NCBI GenBank assembly: GCA_025453395.1
Contig: JALOQK010000003.1
Coordinates: 18,711-82,710, forward strand
Reading direction: 5' to 3'
DNA length: 64,000 nt
Source of the DNA: Candidatus Omnitrophota bacterium
GTDB lineage: Bacteria; Omnitrophota; Gorgyraeia; Gygaellales; Profunditerraquicolaceae
Shown here: piece after piece, positions 26,264 to 34,607 of the stretch
Layout of the letters: every line of letters begins with the position of its first letter
How positions within the stretch are numbered: position 1 is the first letter of the stretch
Made by a program: the position numbers and the translations under genes
Notes under the pieces: generated by a model
The model's database searches: none
What the model was told of the DNA's origin: nothing
What the model saw: only the letters and a program-made list of their open reading frames with translations

Positions 26264-26806
26264 TTATAATAATCTTTTTACTTCTTTTATTATCTCTTCA
26301 ACGCCAGCCAAGCAGCCTAAACCTTTTTTGCCGCAGGCCAAATTTCCTTCAACTGGCCCGATAAATTTATACCCTACTGTCTTTAACTTCTTAATATTAT
26401 CCTGCACGATTTTATTTTGATACATCTTGGTATTCATCGCCGCGGCAATTAAAACCGGCGCATTGCTTGCTATAACCGTACAGCTTAAAAGATCGTCACA
26501 GATCCCGTTGGCAAGCTTCCCGATAATATTTGCGGTTGCCGGGGCAATCAAAATCAAATCCGCTTTCTCGGCCAAAGAAATATGCTCTATTTCCCAGACA
26601 CGGTCGGAATTAAACATTTCCGTATAAACTTTATTAAAGCTAACCGCCTCAAATAAAGCTGGGCGGATCAATTCTTTCGCCTCTTGGGTCATTACCACCG
26701 TAACGCCAAAATTATTTTCCCGCAGGCGGCGCACCAAATCGCAGGCTTTATAAATCGCCACACTTGCGGTAACCCCTAAAATGATTTGCTTCTTTTCTTT
26801 TGGCAT
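26264..26806 (-). CDS. coaC: phosphopantothenoylcysteine decarboxylase (stand-alone CoaC flavoprotein domain)
   Basis: 180 aa beginning ILGVTASVAIYKACDLVRRL, with ILIAPATANIIGKLANGICDDLLS and the PAMN-like motif AAMNTKMY. No CoaB domain is present. Confidence 0.7.
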   Translation of the reverse strand: MPKEKKQIILGVTASVAIYKACDLVRRLRENNFGVTVVMTQEAKELIRPALFEAVSFNKVYTEMFNSDRVWEIEHISLAEKADLILIAPATANIIGKLANGICDDLLSCTVIASNAPVLIAAAMNTKMYQNKIVQDNIKKLKTVGYKFIGPVEGNLACGKKGLGCLAGVEEIIKEVKRLL

Positions 26807-27015
26807 TAGTTATTTTCTATTTTCTTGCAATAAACTTTCCCGGCGGCAATCTCAAATAATGCCACGGTTGACGGCTTCATAGCAAGCGGCAGACTCAACA
26901 CCAGCCTGGGCTGGCCTTCGGCTATTTCCAGCGCTCTCTTAGAAGCCAAAATAACAAGTTTATAGATCGAGTGGTTTGTCTTATCCAATAATTTCTCAAG
27001 CGGCACGTAGGTCAT
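26806..27015 (-). CDS. rpoZ: DNA-directed RNA polymerase omega subunit
   Basis: 69 aa containing YKLVILASKRALEIAEGQP. It follows gmk as in many bacteria. Confidence 0.8.
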   Translation of the reverse strand: MTYVPLEKLLDKTNHSIYKLVILASKRALEIAEGQPRLVLSLPLAMKPSTVALFEIAAGKVYCKKIENN

Positions 27016-27017
27016 TC

Positions 27018-27602
27018 TTACCTTCCTTTTATTTTACTCTCAATTATCCCGCGCAACTTTTGCTGGGCGGTTTTCAAGTTATCATTGACTATGCAATAAT
27101 CAAATCCCTGGGCAGACTTTATTTCCTTTTTAGCAAGAAAAATCCTTCTTTTGATCTCTTTCTCTGATGTAGCGCCGCAGCGGTTCCTGATCCTCTTTTC
27201 CAACTCACTCAGCGACGGAGGCATAATAAAAATGGCCGTTGCGCAAGAAGGATAAGAGCGCTTAATTCTTCTTGCGCCTTTCAGGTCCAGGCACATGATT
27301 ATTTGCTTATCCTTGCTAAGGTTTTGGTCTATGAAGTCTTTGGGAGTCCCGTAATCATACCCTAAATACCGGGTCCATTCAAGGATTTTTTTTGCCCTTT
27401 TCAGGCGCTGGAATTCTTTTTTAGAGACGAAGAAATAATCTTTTTTATCTGCCTCTGTTGAGCGCTTGGGGCGGGTAGTCAAAGACACCGAGCGCATCAA
27501 GCGCATCTTAGAAATAGCGGACTTAAGAAGGCTCTTGGCCAGCGTTGTCTTGCCTGATCCCGACGGCCCGCAGACAACAAAAATGTTTCCCTTAATCAAC
27601 AT
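27018..27602 (-). CDS. gmk: guanylate kinase
   Basis: 194 aa with the P-loop VVCGPSGSGKTTL and an R...R...Y GMP-binding region. Confidence 0.85.
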   Translation of the reverse strand: MLIKGNIFVVCGPSGSGKTTLAKSLLKSAISKMRLMRSVSLTTRPKRSTEADKKDYFFVSKKEFQRLKRAKKILEWTRYLGYDYGTPKDFIDQNLSKDKQIIMCLDLKGARRIKRSYPSCATAIFIMPPSLSELEKRIRNRCGATSEKEIKRRIFLAKKEIKSAQGFDYCIVNDNLKTAQQKLRGIIESKIKGR

Positions 27603-28416
27603 TTTGCGCCTGTTCCCGGATTTTTTCTATAAGGCTTTTTATCTGCACGGCGCGGGAAGAAACCATCTTATCGCAGGATTTAGCCGCCATGGTATTTGCT
27701 TCTCTTTGCATTTCCTGAGCGATAAAATCCAGCTCCTTGCCCACGGAATTATTTTTAGCTAATTTTTGGAGGAAACTTTTAGCGTGAAAGGTTAAACGGT
27801 CCATCTCCTCGGTAATATCGGAATTGCGTAAAAACGCGGATTTCTCCTCGTCGCTTTTAAGGACCGCCAGCTTCAATTTGCTTGACCTGGCAAACCTTTG
27901 CTTAACCAGGGCGACATCAATTAAAAGCTTGTTGGCCATTTTGCGCAAAATTTTTTCTAAAGCGGTGCCTTCCTTATGGCGCATCCTTAACAGATCATCC
28001 AGCGCCCCGCTTAAGGCGTTTCTTACGTGCGGCAACAAGGCCTCTTTATCTTGCCCGGTTTCTTTCAAAGACAAAACCCCCGGCAGCCTGATCAGTGTAT
28101 CCAAAGAAATATTTTCGCTAGTTGAAAAATCCCTTTGGATCTGCCTTAAAGCAAAACTGTATTTTTTCAAAAGCTGGCTGTTCACCGACACATCCTGCGG
28201 ATATTTTATCTGGATGTCTATTGCGCAAGAGATTCTGCCTCGCCTGATCCTGTTTTCAATCTGCTCTCTGATCGCCTCTTCAAGCCCAAGATGACCCTCG
28301 GAAAGATGAAGCGCCACCTCGCGGAATTTGTGATTGGTGCTTCTTATCTGCACGGAGATCTTCCCGTTTTTTACTTTCACAAGACTAAAACCAAAACCTG
28401 TCATGCCCTGAATCAT
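27592..28416 (-). CDS. yicC: YicC/YloC-family protein
   Basis: MIQGMTGFGFS... N-terminus with a conserved C-terminal helical domain. The start was set at M8 of the track ORF to give an ATGA overlap with ndk. The yicC-gmk-rpoZ-coaC order is Bacillus-like. Confidence 0.7.
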   Translation of the reverse strand: MIQGMTGFGFSLVKVKNGKISVQIRSTNHKFREVALHLSEGHLGLEEAIREQIENRIRRGRISCAIDIQIKYPQDVSVNSQLLKKYSFALRQIQRDFSTSENISLDTLIRLPGVLSLKETGQDKEALLPHVRNALSGALDDLLRMRHKEGTALEKILRKMANKLLIDVALVKQRFARSSKLKLAVLKSDEEKSAFLRNSDITEEMDRLTFHAKSFLQKLAKNNSVGKELDFIAQEMQREANTMAAKSCDKMVSSRAVQIKSLIEKIREQAQNVD

Positions 28417-28934
28417 GTTTTTTCTCCTTGAGCCCAAGCCTGGACAATCTTACTGTCTTTCTTTTCTTTCGTCGGATAAAGATCCACTATGATTTCTTCG
28501 GGAGTAAACCATAATTTAATTTCTCTCTCGGCCTCTTCGGGATTTGAAGAAACATGGATCACGTTCTCAAAAAGCCCGGAGGTCAAAATCCTACCGTATG
28601 AGCCGCGAATAGATGTGGGCTCTGCTTCTTCGGGATTAGTCGCCCCTGCTAATTGACGGCATTTATTAATCGCCTCTTCTCCCCAATAAACCAAGGCCAT
28701 AACCTTGCGCCTGTCGTGGAGTTCCCCGCGCAGATACTTGATAAGCTCCCCAAAAAACGGTTTGTCTTGCAGGTGCTTATAGTGCTCTTTGGCCAGCTCT
28801 TCTGAAACCCTGACCATCCTGGCCGCGACTATTTCCAGCTTGGTCTCGGACAAACGGGTCAGGATATTTCCGGTCAAAGATTTTTTTAGCCCATCGGGTT
28901 TAATCAAAACCAAAACTGCCTGCCCCATAATCAA
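28413..28934 (-). CDS. ndk: nucleoside diphosphate kinase (divergent, C-terminally extended)
   Basis: 173 aa with LVLIKPDG, ...TNPEEAEPTSIRG... and HVSSNPEEAEREI matching the NDK active-site region (His in HVSS). Confidence 0.7.
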   Translation of the reverse strand: MIMGQAVLVLIKPDGLKKSLTGNILTRLSETKLEIVAARMVRVSEELAKEHYKHLQDKPFFGELIKYLRGELHDRRKVMALVYWGEEAINKCRQLAGATNPEEAEPTSIRGSYGRILTSGLFENVIHVSSNPEEAEREIKLWFTPEEIIVDLYPTKEKKDSKIVQAWAQGEKT

Positions 28935-29779
28935 TTACCTCCCTTGATTTTATTAGCAATTCTTTCTAAGTCAGCTTCAGAATAAAATTCTATAGTTATG
29001 ACCCCGCGTTTTTTACCTTTAACCACCCGCACTTTGGTAGCCAGCGCTTGCTGTAATTGTTCCTCTATGACTTCGATCAGGGTTGCTTTTCCCGCAAAGC
29101 AAGGCCGTGCCTTAGTTTTACGCACCCTGCGGCTTTTCAATAAATTTTCCAATTCCCGCACAGACAGATTTCTTGCTATTACTTCGTGCGCGATCTTTTT
29201 CTGTAATTGCTCGTCGGTAATTTCCAAAAGCGCCTTGCCATGGGCAAAGCTTAACGCGCCGTTTTTGATCTTCTCTTGTATTTCCGGCGGAAGATTTAAT
29301 AACCTTAAGGTGTTAGCCACGCTGGCACGGGCTCTTCCCAAAACCTCGCTTACCTTCTCCTGGGTTAGTTCAAATTTATCAATCAGGTATTTATAGGCGC
29401 GCGCTTCTTCTATCGGATTTAAGCTCTGCCTTTGAATATTTTCAATTAAAGCAAGCTCTAAAGATTCCTTATCATCGGCATCTTTTATCACTGCCGGGAT
29501 CTTTGCCATATTCAAGCTCTGCGCAGCCCGCAATCTTCTTTCCCCCGCGATAAGTTCATAATCTTCACCGTGCCTGCGCACCAACACCGGCTGGATCACG
29601 CCTTTTTCTTTTATGGACTGAACAAGTTCATCCAGGCTCTGGGCGTCAAAATCTTCCCGGGGCTGAAAAGGATTAGGCCTAATCTTAGCAATTGGGATTT
29701 CATCCGCAGAAGAGCCGATGATTTCTTCCTTTTCCGGAATTAATGCGTTTAACCCTTTACCAAGCGCTCTTTTTTCCAT
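28931..29779 (-). CDS. parB: chromosome partitioning protein ParB/Spo0J
   Basis: 282 aa with the ParB box GERRLRAA and the HTH ARAYKYLIDKFELTQEKVSEVLGRARASVANTLRLL. Confidence 0.9.
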   Translation of the reverse strand: MEKRALGKGLNALIPEKEEIIGSSADEIPIAKIRPNPFQPREDFDAQSLDELVQSIKEKGVIQPVLVRRHGEDYELIAGERRLRAAQSLNMAKIPAVIKDADDKESLELALIENIQRQSLNPIEEARAYKYLIDKFELTQEKVSEVLGRARASVANTLRLLNLPPEIQEKIKNGALSFAHGKALLEITDEQLQKKIAHEVIARNLSVRELENLLKSRRVRKTKARPCFAGKATLIEVIEEQLQQALATKVRVVKGKKRGVITIEFYSEADLERIANKIKGGN

Positions 29780-29804
29780 AGTCTCTCCTGATTTATGGCC
29801 TTAT

Positions 29805-29832
29805 AAATGTCCAATCTGCAGTTTGGACATTT
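29805..29832. repeat. 10 bp perfect inverted repeat at the parA-parB junction
   Basis: aaatgtccaa-tctgcagt-ttggacattt, overlapping the parA stop codon. Confidence 0.4.
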
Positions 29833-30586
29833 ATTTCATCATTTCCTTGGATAACTCTTCATACTTCAGCGCCCCCAAAGATTCCTTATCATACAAAGCT
29901 ATGGGCTTGCCAAAACTAGGGGCTTCTGTTAAACGAATACTTCTGGGTATAATAGTGTGGTAAACTTTATCTTTAAAATGTCCTCTTACCTCTTCAACCA
30001 CTTCCTTAGTTAAGTTGGTGCGAAAATCCGCCATAGTTAAAAGCACGCCTTCAATGATTAGGCTTTGATTGAGGTTATTTTTTATAAGATTAACAGTATT
30101 AAGGAGTTGCGACACGCCTTCTAGGGCATAATATTCACATTGCACCGGCACCAAAACTGAATCTGCGGCACAAAGGGCGTTAATGGTAAGAAGCCCTAAT
30201 GACGGCGGCGAGTCAATAAAGATATAGTCGTAATTATCTTTTTCTTTGGACAGGGCTTTTTTTAAACGGTTCTCTCTGCCTAAGGCGCTGACTAATTCTA
30301 CTTCCGCGCCAGTCAAATCTAAATTTGCCGGGGCAACAAAAAAATTAGGCACTTCAGTAAGATGCAGTATGTCTTTAAGCTCTGCGTCTTCTAAGAGCAT
30401 ATGGTAAGTGCTTTTGGATACTTTATGCTTATCCACGCCTGAACCGCTGGTGGCATTGCCTTGGGGATCAAGATCTACCAAGACTACTTTCTTGCCAGCT
30501 AAAGCTAAATAGGCCGCAACGTTCACTGCTGTGGTGGTCTTGCCTGTGCCGCCCTTTTGATTACAAATAGTGATAATCTTGCCCAT
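29831..30586 (-). CDS. parA: chromosome partitioning ATPase ParA/Soj
   Basis: 251 aa with the deviant Walker A motif NQKGGTGKTTTAVN. Confidence 0.9.
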   Translation of the reverse strand: MGKIITICNQKGGTGKTTTAVNVAAYLALAGKKVVLVDLDPQGNATSGSGVDKHKVSKSTYHMLLEDAELKDILHLTEVPNFFVAPANLDLTGAEVELVSALGRENRLKKALSKEKDNYDYIFIDSPPSLGLLTINALCAADSVLVPVQCEYYALEGVSQLLNTVNLIKNNLNQSLIIEGVLLTMADFRTNLTKEVVEEVRGHFKDKVYHTIIPRSIRLTEAPSFGKPIALYDKESLGALKYEELSKEMMK

Positions 30587-30609
30587 AGAACGCTTTTTTT
30601 GACTTCAAT

Positions 30610-30656
30610 TGTTCCTCGTGGAACAATTGGCTTTTCAAATTGTTCCTCGTGGAACA
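30610..30656. promoter_or_regulatory. two parS-like centromere sites immediately upstream of parA
   Basis: TGTTCCTCGTGGAACA at 30610-30625 and 30641-30656. Each matches the parS consensus TGTTNCACGTGAAACA at 14 of 16 positions and is an imperfect palindrome. They are embedded in a 23 bp direct repeat caattgttcctcgtggaacaatt. Confidence 0.6.
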
Positions 30657-30680
30657 ATTTGGGACCTCTCCTTATTATCT

Positions 30681-30896
30681 CTATTTACCGCCCTCTGTCA
30701 AGTGATTTTCGCCTGCTTCTATTAGGTTCACCCTGATCTTGGCCAAGCTTGCCCCGGGCATGCCGAATAAACCTCGTTTTTCTTCGCTCAATATCTCAAT
30801 TTTAACTTTATTGCGCGGCAAGTTAAGCTTTTTAAGCGCTATTTGTACTGCTTCTTCTACGGTTGAGCCTACGACTTCTAATCCTTGTTTCTTCAT
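30681..30896 (-). CDS. Jag_N-domain-only protein (KhpB/Jag N-terminal domain)
   Basis: 71 aa containing GSTVEEAVQIALKKLNLPRNKVKIEILSEEKRGLFGMPG, the Jag_N signature. It sits downstream of yidC as jag does in Firmicutes but lacks KH/R3H domains. Confidence 0.55.
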   Translation of the reverse strand: MKKQGLEVVGSTVEEAVQIALKKLNLPRNKVKIEILSEEKRGLFGMPGASLAKIRVNLIEAGENHLTEGGK

Positions 30897-32419
30897 TTCG
30901 CTGCTTTCATTATGCGCGCCTGAAACGTAGCAGACATAGCGCTATTTACTAACCAATATAATACTAAGCCCGAAGGCATTGTATAAAAAATAAAGCCAAA
31001 AAGCACAGGCATAACAATGGTCATCATTTTTTGCTGTTGGGCATATTCACTATTAACCGCCTTGGGAGTAGAAACTTTTTGCTGTACCACCATGAGAATG
31101 GCCATTAAAATCGGCAGAATATTAATTTGCGTGCCTATGATTGGCAGGGCGCTCTTTAAAGTTATTGCCTTATCCGGCAAGGACAGATCATCTATCCAAA
31201 GAAAGCGCGCCCCTTTTAACACTATAGACCTCGTAAGAGCTTGGTATAAAGCAAAAAAGACGGGCATCTGCAACAAAAGCGGCAAGCACCCTCCCAAAGG
31301 ATTAACTTTATGTTCTTTATATAACTCTAAAGTCTCTCGTTGTAATTTTTGCGGGTTATCCTTATATTTAGCTTTTAGCTGTTCTATTTTGGGCTGCAGC
31401 ATTTGCATATCTTTCATGGCGCGCATCTGCTTAATGGTGAGCGGGAACAGAAGTGCATATATTGCAACACTTAACAACAAAATGGCCACGCCCCAATTGT
31501 GCACCATCCAATAAAATAATCTCAAGAGCTTGATCAACCCTTGGGAGATAACATCAAAAAAGCCATAATTAATAATTCCTACCCAATCTGGGTCAACAGG
31601 CTGGATTAAAGACCAGTCTTGCGGCCCTATATAGGCCTTACATATCAAGCTTCTCTTTTCGCCAGATTGGACAATTACAGGCTGAAATAAGATTGAAATC
31701 TCGCCAGATTGGACATTAATTTTGCTAATAGCAACGGTATTATTGTCTGTTTGTGGCTGTACAATATTGACAAAATATTGCTCTCTAAAAGCAGAAAAAT
31801 CAACCCCCTTTAATAATCTATCTTTATCCGGCCGCGCATGAGTAATTTTCCCCTGCGCAGAAACCGCGACATCTAAGAATTGGCCAGCTGGCCCAGTATT
31901 TTTTGCTGTGCCCAGCAAAAAAGGAGCAGAAAAAGCAATGGGGGAAGAAGAAAGATTGGTGATTTCTATTTCTAAGTCCATGCCATAGTTGGGCTTAGCG
32001 AAAATGAAGCGCTTTTTGATCTCCATGCCGCCGTCTTTTGCTGTGAAGGATATTTCTCTGGGGATCTGTTTTTCTTTCTTAAAAACTAATCTGCTGCCTT
32101 TTAACAAGAAGGCGTCTGTGAGGGTAAATTCATAATTTTTATATTTTTTAAAGGTCGCGCTTTCTATACTGGCGGTTTCTTCTTGAAAAGTAAAATCCAC
32201 GTCGGGCTGGTGGTAAATAATCCTAGTCGACGGTGCCGGCTTAACCGCAGGCGCCAAAGAAACACTTGCAGGATGTTGATCCTGCTCGCTGGGAGGCAAA
32301 ACCGTCTGCGCCGGAACATTGCCGGCAACAGTAGGCACGGCCTTTTTTTCTATGAACATGGACCAAAACATAATCACCATGCTAGAAAGAACTACTGCCA
32401 AGATAACTCTTTTTTCCAT
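30893..32419 (-). CDS. yidC: membrane protein insertase YidC
   Basis: 508 aa with an N-terminal TM helix, a periplasmic domain and the conserved core ...NPLGGCLPLLLQMPVFFALYQAL... Confidence 0.9.
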   Translation of the reverse strand: MEKRVILAVVLSSMVIMFWSMFIEKKAVPTVAGNVPAQTVLPPSEQDQHPASVSLAPAVKPAPSTRIIYHQPDVDFTFQEETASIESATFKKYKNYEFTLTDAFLLKGSRLVFKKEKQIPREISFTAKDGGMEIKKRFIFAKPNYGMDLEIEITNLSSSPIAFSAPFLLGTAKNTGPAGQFLDVAVSAQGKITHARPDKDRLLKGVDFSAFREQYFVNIVQPQTDNNTVAISKINVQSGEISILFQPVIVQSGEKRSLICKAYIGPQDWSLIQPVDPDWVGIINYGFFDVISQGLIKLLRLFYWMVHNWGVAILLLSVAIYALLFPLTIKQMRAMKDMQMLQPKIEQLKAKYKDNPQKLQRETLELYKEHKVNPLGGCLPLLLQMPVFFALYQALTRSIVLKGARFLWIDDLSLPDKAITLKSALPIIGTQINILPILMAILMVVQQKVSTPKAVNSEYAQQQKMMTIVMPVLFGFIFYTMPSGLVLYWLVNSAMSATFQARIMKAAK

Positions 32420-32427
32420 AACCTTCC

Positions 32428-32652
32428 TTAAGTTAGGTGATCTTCGCCCCCGTCGGAAAACGGGTTACAACGCAAGATCCGCCACACAGACTTTGCTGCG
32501 CCTTTGAACACTCCGTATTTCATAACTGCCTGGCGGCTGTATTCTGAACAGCTGGGATAGAAACGACAGCAAACCGGCAGCAACGGCCTGATAAGGCGCT
32601 GATATAATAATATAAAACTATTTATGAAACGCCTGATAACCATTAAGGACAA
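32428..32652 (-). CDS. yidD: membrane protein insertion efficiency factor YidD
   Basis: 74 aa containing [30 protein letters not shown], the YidD signature. Confidence 0.85.
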   Translation of the reverse strand: MSLMVIRRFINSFILLYQRLIRPLLPVCCRFYPSCSEYSRQAVMKYGVFKGAAKSVWRILRCNPFSDGGEDHLT

Positions 32653-32780
32653 AGCGCTTTTCTGCCCTTTTGCCGACGACGGGATAAAACCGCCCTGCCG
32701 GACTTACTGGCCATGCGGCTTCTGAATCCATGGACTCTTACACCGACAATATTTGTTGGGGTTTTTAGGTGTTTCTTCAT
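32643..32780 (-). CDS. rpmH: 50S ribosomal protein L34
   Basis: 45 aa: [45 protein letters not shown]. The L34 core is HGFR.RM....GR.VL.RRR.KGRK. An AAGGAG RBS lies 7 nt upstream. The longer track ORF is an upstream extension through oriC repeats. The gene overlaps yidD by 10 nt, with no rnpA between them. Confidence 0.8.
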   Translation of the reverse strand: MKKHLKTPTNIVGVRVHGFRSRMASKSGRAVLSRRRQKGRKALCP

Positions 32781-33127
32781 TCCACTCTCCTTCACAGTAG
32801 TGAACACCGGCGCAATTCCGATAAGCGCCGAGTGTTCCAGTAGTGAACACCGGCGCAATACTTCGCCAGCAAGGCGAACACCGGCACATCAAGTTGTGCC
32901 GGGTACGATAAGCGCCGAGTGTTAATAATATATAGGGGAGTAATTATAACACAAACTCCAATCTAGTCAATACAACAATTACTTTTTTAATTTTTAGTTG
33001 ACTGATAGCTAAATCTTTGTATAATAAAGCCTCTAAGATTTTTACTTGCATATGCCTTTTAGCCTGTTATAATGTTTCCACAGGTTTATCCAATATGTGA
33101 ATAAGCTGTGGATTCTGTGAGAAAACC
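32781..33127. other. oriC: oriC region (rpmH-dnaA intergenic): repeats, AT-rich tract, DnaA boxes, dnaA promoters
   Basis: Classic rpmH, dnaA, dnaN, gyrB, gyrA context. DnaA-box-like 9-mers: TTATCCAAT (33086-33094), TGTGAATAA (33096-33104) and TGTGGATTC (33108-33116). An AT-rich tract lies at 32975-33000. Repeat A cagtagtgaacaccggcgcaat occurs twice (32795-32816, 32838-32859) and inverted quasi-repeat B cgataagcgccgagtgtt twice (32819-32836, 32906-32923). Confidence 0.7.
32998..33073 (+). promoter_or_regulatory. two tandem sigma70-like dnaA promoters
   Basis: P1: TTGACT (32998-33003), 16 bp, TATAAT (33020-33025). P2: TTGCAT (33046-33051), 16 bp, TATAAT (33068-33073). Confidence 0.55.
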
Positions 33128-34468
33128 ATGGACATACTCTCCCTTTGGGAAACTACAAAGAACGGTTTGCGCGCGGACTTAGGCCAAACCCCGTTTGAAA
33201 CCTGGATTTTACCCTTACGGCCGCGGATGAACAATGCCAACAGCCTGATTTTGGAAGCCCCAGACAGTTTTTTCCGGGAATGGGTGGAAAAAAACTATAA
33301 ATCAGCCATCCAGGATGCTTTTAACCGCCACGCCAACCGGGTGGTTACTGTTGATATCGGGGTTTTGTCAGAGCCGCAGGCTGCTGCCGCAGCTGCAACA
33401 GAAACAAGGACGCCGATAAACACGCCCGAGTTCCAGCCTCAAAATGCCGCGGGGTTAAGCGCGCGCTACACTTTTGAAAACTTTATTGTGGGTTCTTCTA
33501 ACCGCCACGCCCATGCCTATTGTATGGCAGTAGCAGAAGCGCCTGCCAAAACTTATAACCCTTTGTTTATATACGGGGGGGTGGGCTTGGGCAAGACCCA
33601 TTTAATGCAGGCCACCTGCCACCAAATTCTTAAAAAGGCAGGCGGCAACCCAAAAATATGCTATATCACCTCGGAACGTTTCACTAATGAATTGATTGAG
33701 GCTATCCAAAAACATTCTACGGGCGCATTCCGCCAGAAATACCGCAATGTAGACGTGCTCGTGATAGACGATATCCAGTTTATCGCCGGAAAAGAATCCA
33801 CGCAGGAGGAATTTTTCCATACCTTTAACGCCCTGCATGACGCGCACAAGCAAATTATAATTTCTTCGGACCGGCCCCCTAAAGAAATTTCTAACCTGCA
33901 AGACCGGCTGGTGTCGCGTTTTAGTTGGGGCCTGACCACAGATATCCAGCCCCCGGACCTGGAAACCCGGGTGGCCATACTAAAGAAAAAAGTGGAGAGA
34001 GAACCCGTAGCTGTCCCCGACGACGTTTTGTTTTTTATCGCGGGGTTAATCAAAACCAATATCAGGGAATTAGAAGGGGCCTTGATCAGGACCATCGCTT
34101 ATTCTTTGTTAGAAGAAAAGCCTATCACCTTGGATCTGGCGCGCGAGGTTCTCAGGGATTTGCTAAAAGAACCCAAAAAACTCATCACTATTGATTTTAT
34201 CCAAAGGGTGGTGGCGGAAGATTTTGGGGTCTCTTTGGCGGATTTAAAAACAAAGCGCCGAAACAAAAATATCGTTTTGCCACGGCAGGTAGCTATGTAC
34301 ATAAGCAGAGAGTTAACGGATTTGTCGTTCCCGGAAATTGGCGGTTTTTTTGGCGGGAAAGACCACACTACGGTTTTGCATTCTTACAATAAAATCCGTT
34401 TGGGCGTCCAGGAAAACGAAACACTGAAAAATAAAATTCAACACCTTATACAGATTATACAGCAATAG
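33128..34468 (+). CDS. dnaA: chromosomal replication initiator protein DnaA
   Basis: 446 aa with an AAA+ domain (Walker A GGVGLGKTHLMQA), sensor motifs and a C-terminal DNA-binding domain (...VAMYISRELTDLSFPEIG...). Confidence 0.95.
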   Translation: MDILSLWETTKNGLRADLGQTPFETWILPLRPRMNNANSLILEAPDSFFREWVEKNYKSAIQDAFNRHANRVVTVDIGVLSEPQAAAAAATETRTPINTPEFQPQNAAGLSARYTFENFIVGSSNRHAHAYCMAVAEAPAKTYNPLFIYGGVGLGKTHLMQATCHQILKKAGGNPKICYITSERFTNELIEAIQKHSTGAFRQKYRNVDVLVIDDIQFIAGKESTQEEFFHTFNALHDAHKQIIISSDRPPKEISNLQDRLVSRFSWGLTTDIQPPDLETRVAILKKKVEREPVAVPDDVLFFIAGLIKTNIRELEGALIRTIAYSLLEEKPITLDLAREVLRDLLKEPKKLITIDFIQRVVAEDFGVSLADLKTKRRNKNIVLPRQVAMYISRELTDLSFPEIGGFFGGKDHTTVLHSYNKIRLGVQENETLKNKIQHLIQIIQQ

Positions 34469-34607
34469 CTTATATTTTTATCCACAGTTTTTTTGCTGTA
34501 ACTATTTGGAATGATTGGGAGTTTTGTTTTATCAACAGAATACATAGCCCTACTAAGACAAATACTGTTTTTAGTTATTAAAATAATATTAATAGTAAGG
34601 GGGATAT
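34469..34607. promoter_or_regulatory. dnaA-dnaN intergenic DnaA-box cluster plus AT-rich tract (second origin module)
   Basis: Perfect consensus DnaA box TTATCCACA at 34478-34486 and TTATCAACA (8 of 9) at 34529-34537. An AT-rich tract lies at 34570-34597. This resembles the bipartite B. subtilis-type oriC. Confidence 0.55.

Noticed and set aside
33602-34368. Several 89 to 144 aa minus-strand ORFs inside dnaA
   Set aside because: Antisense to a highly conserved gene. Low-complexity translations.
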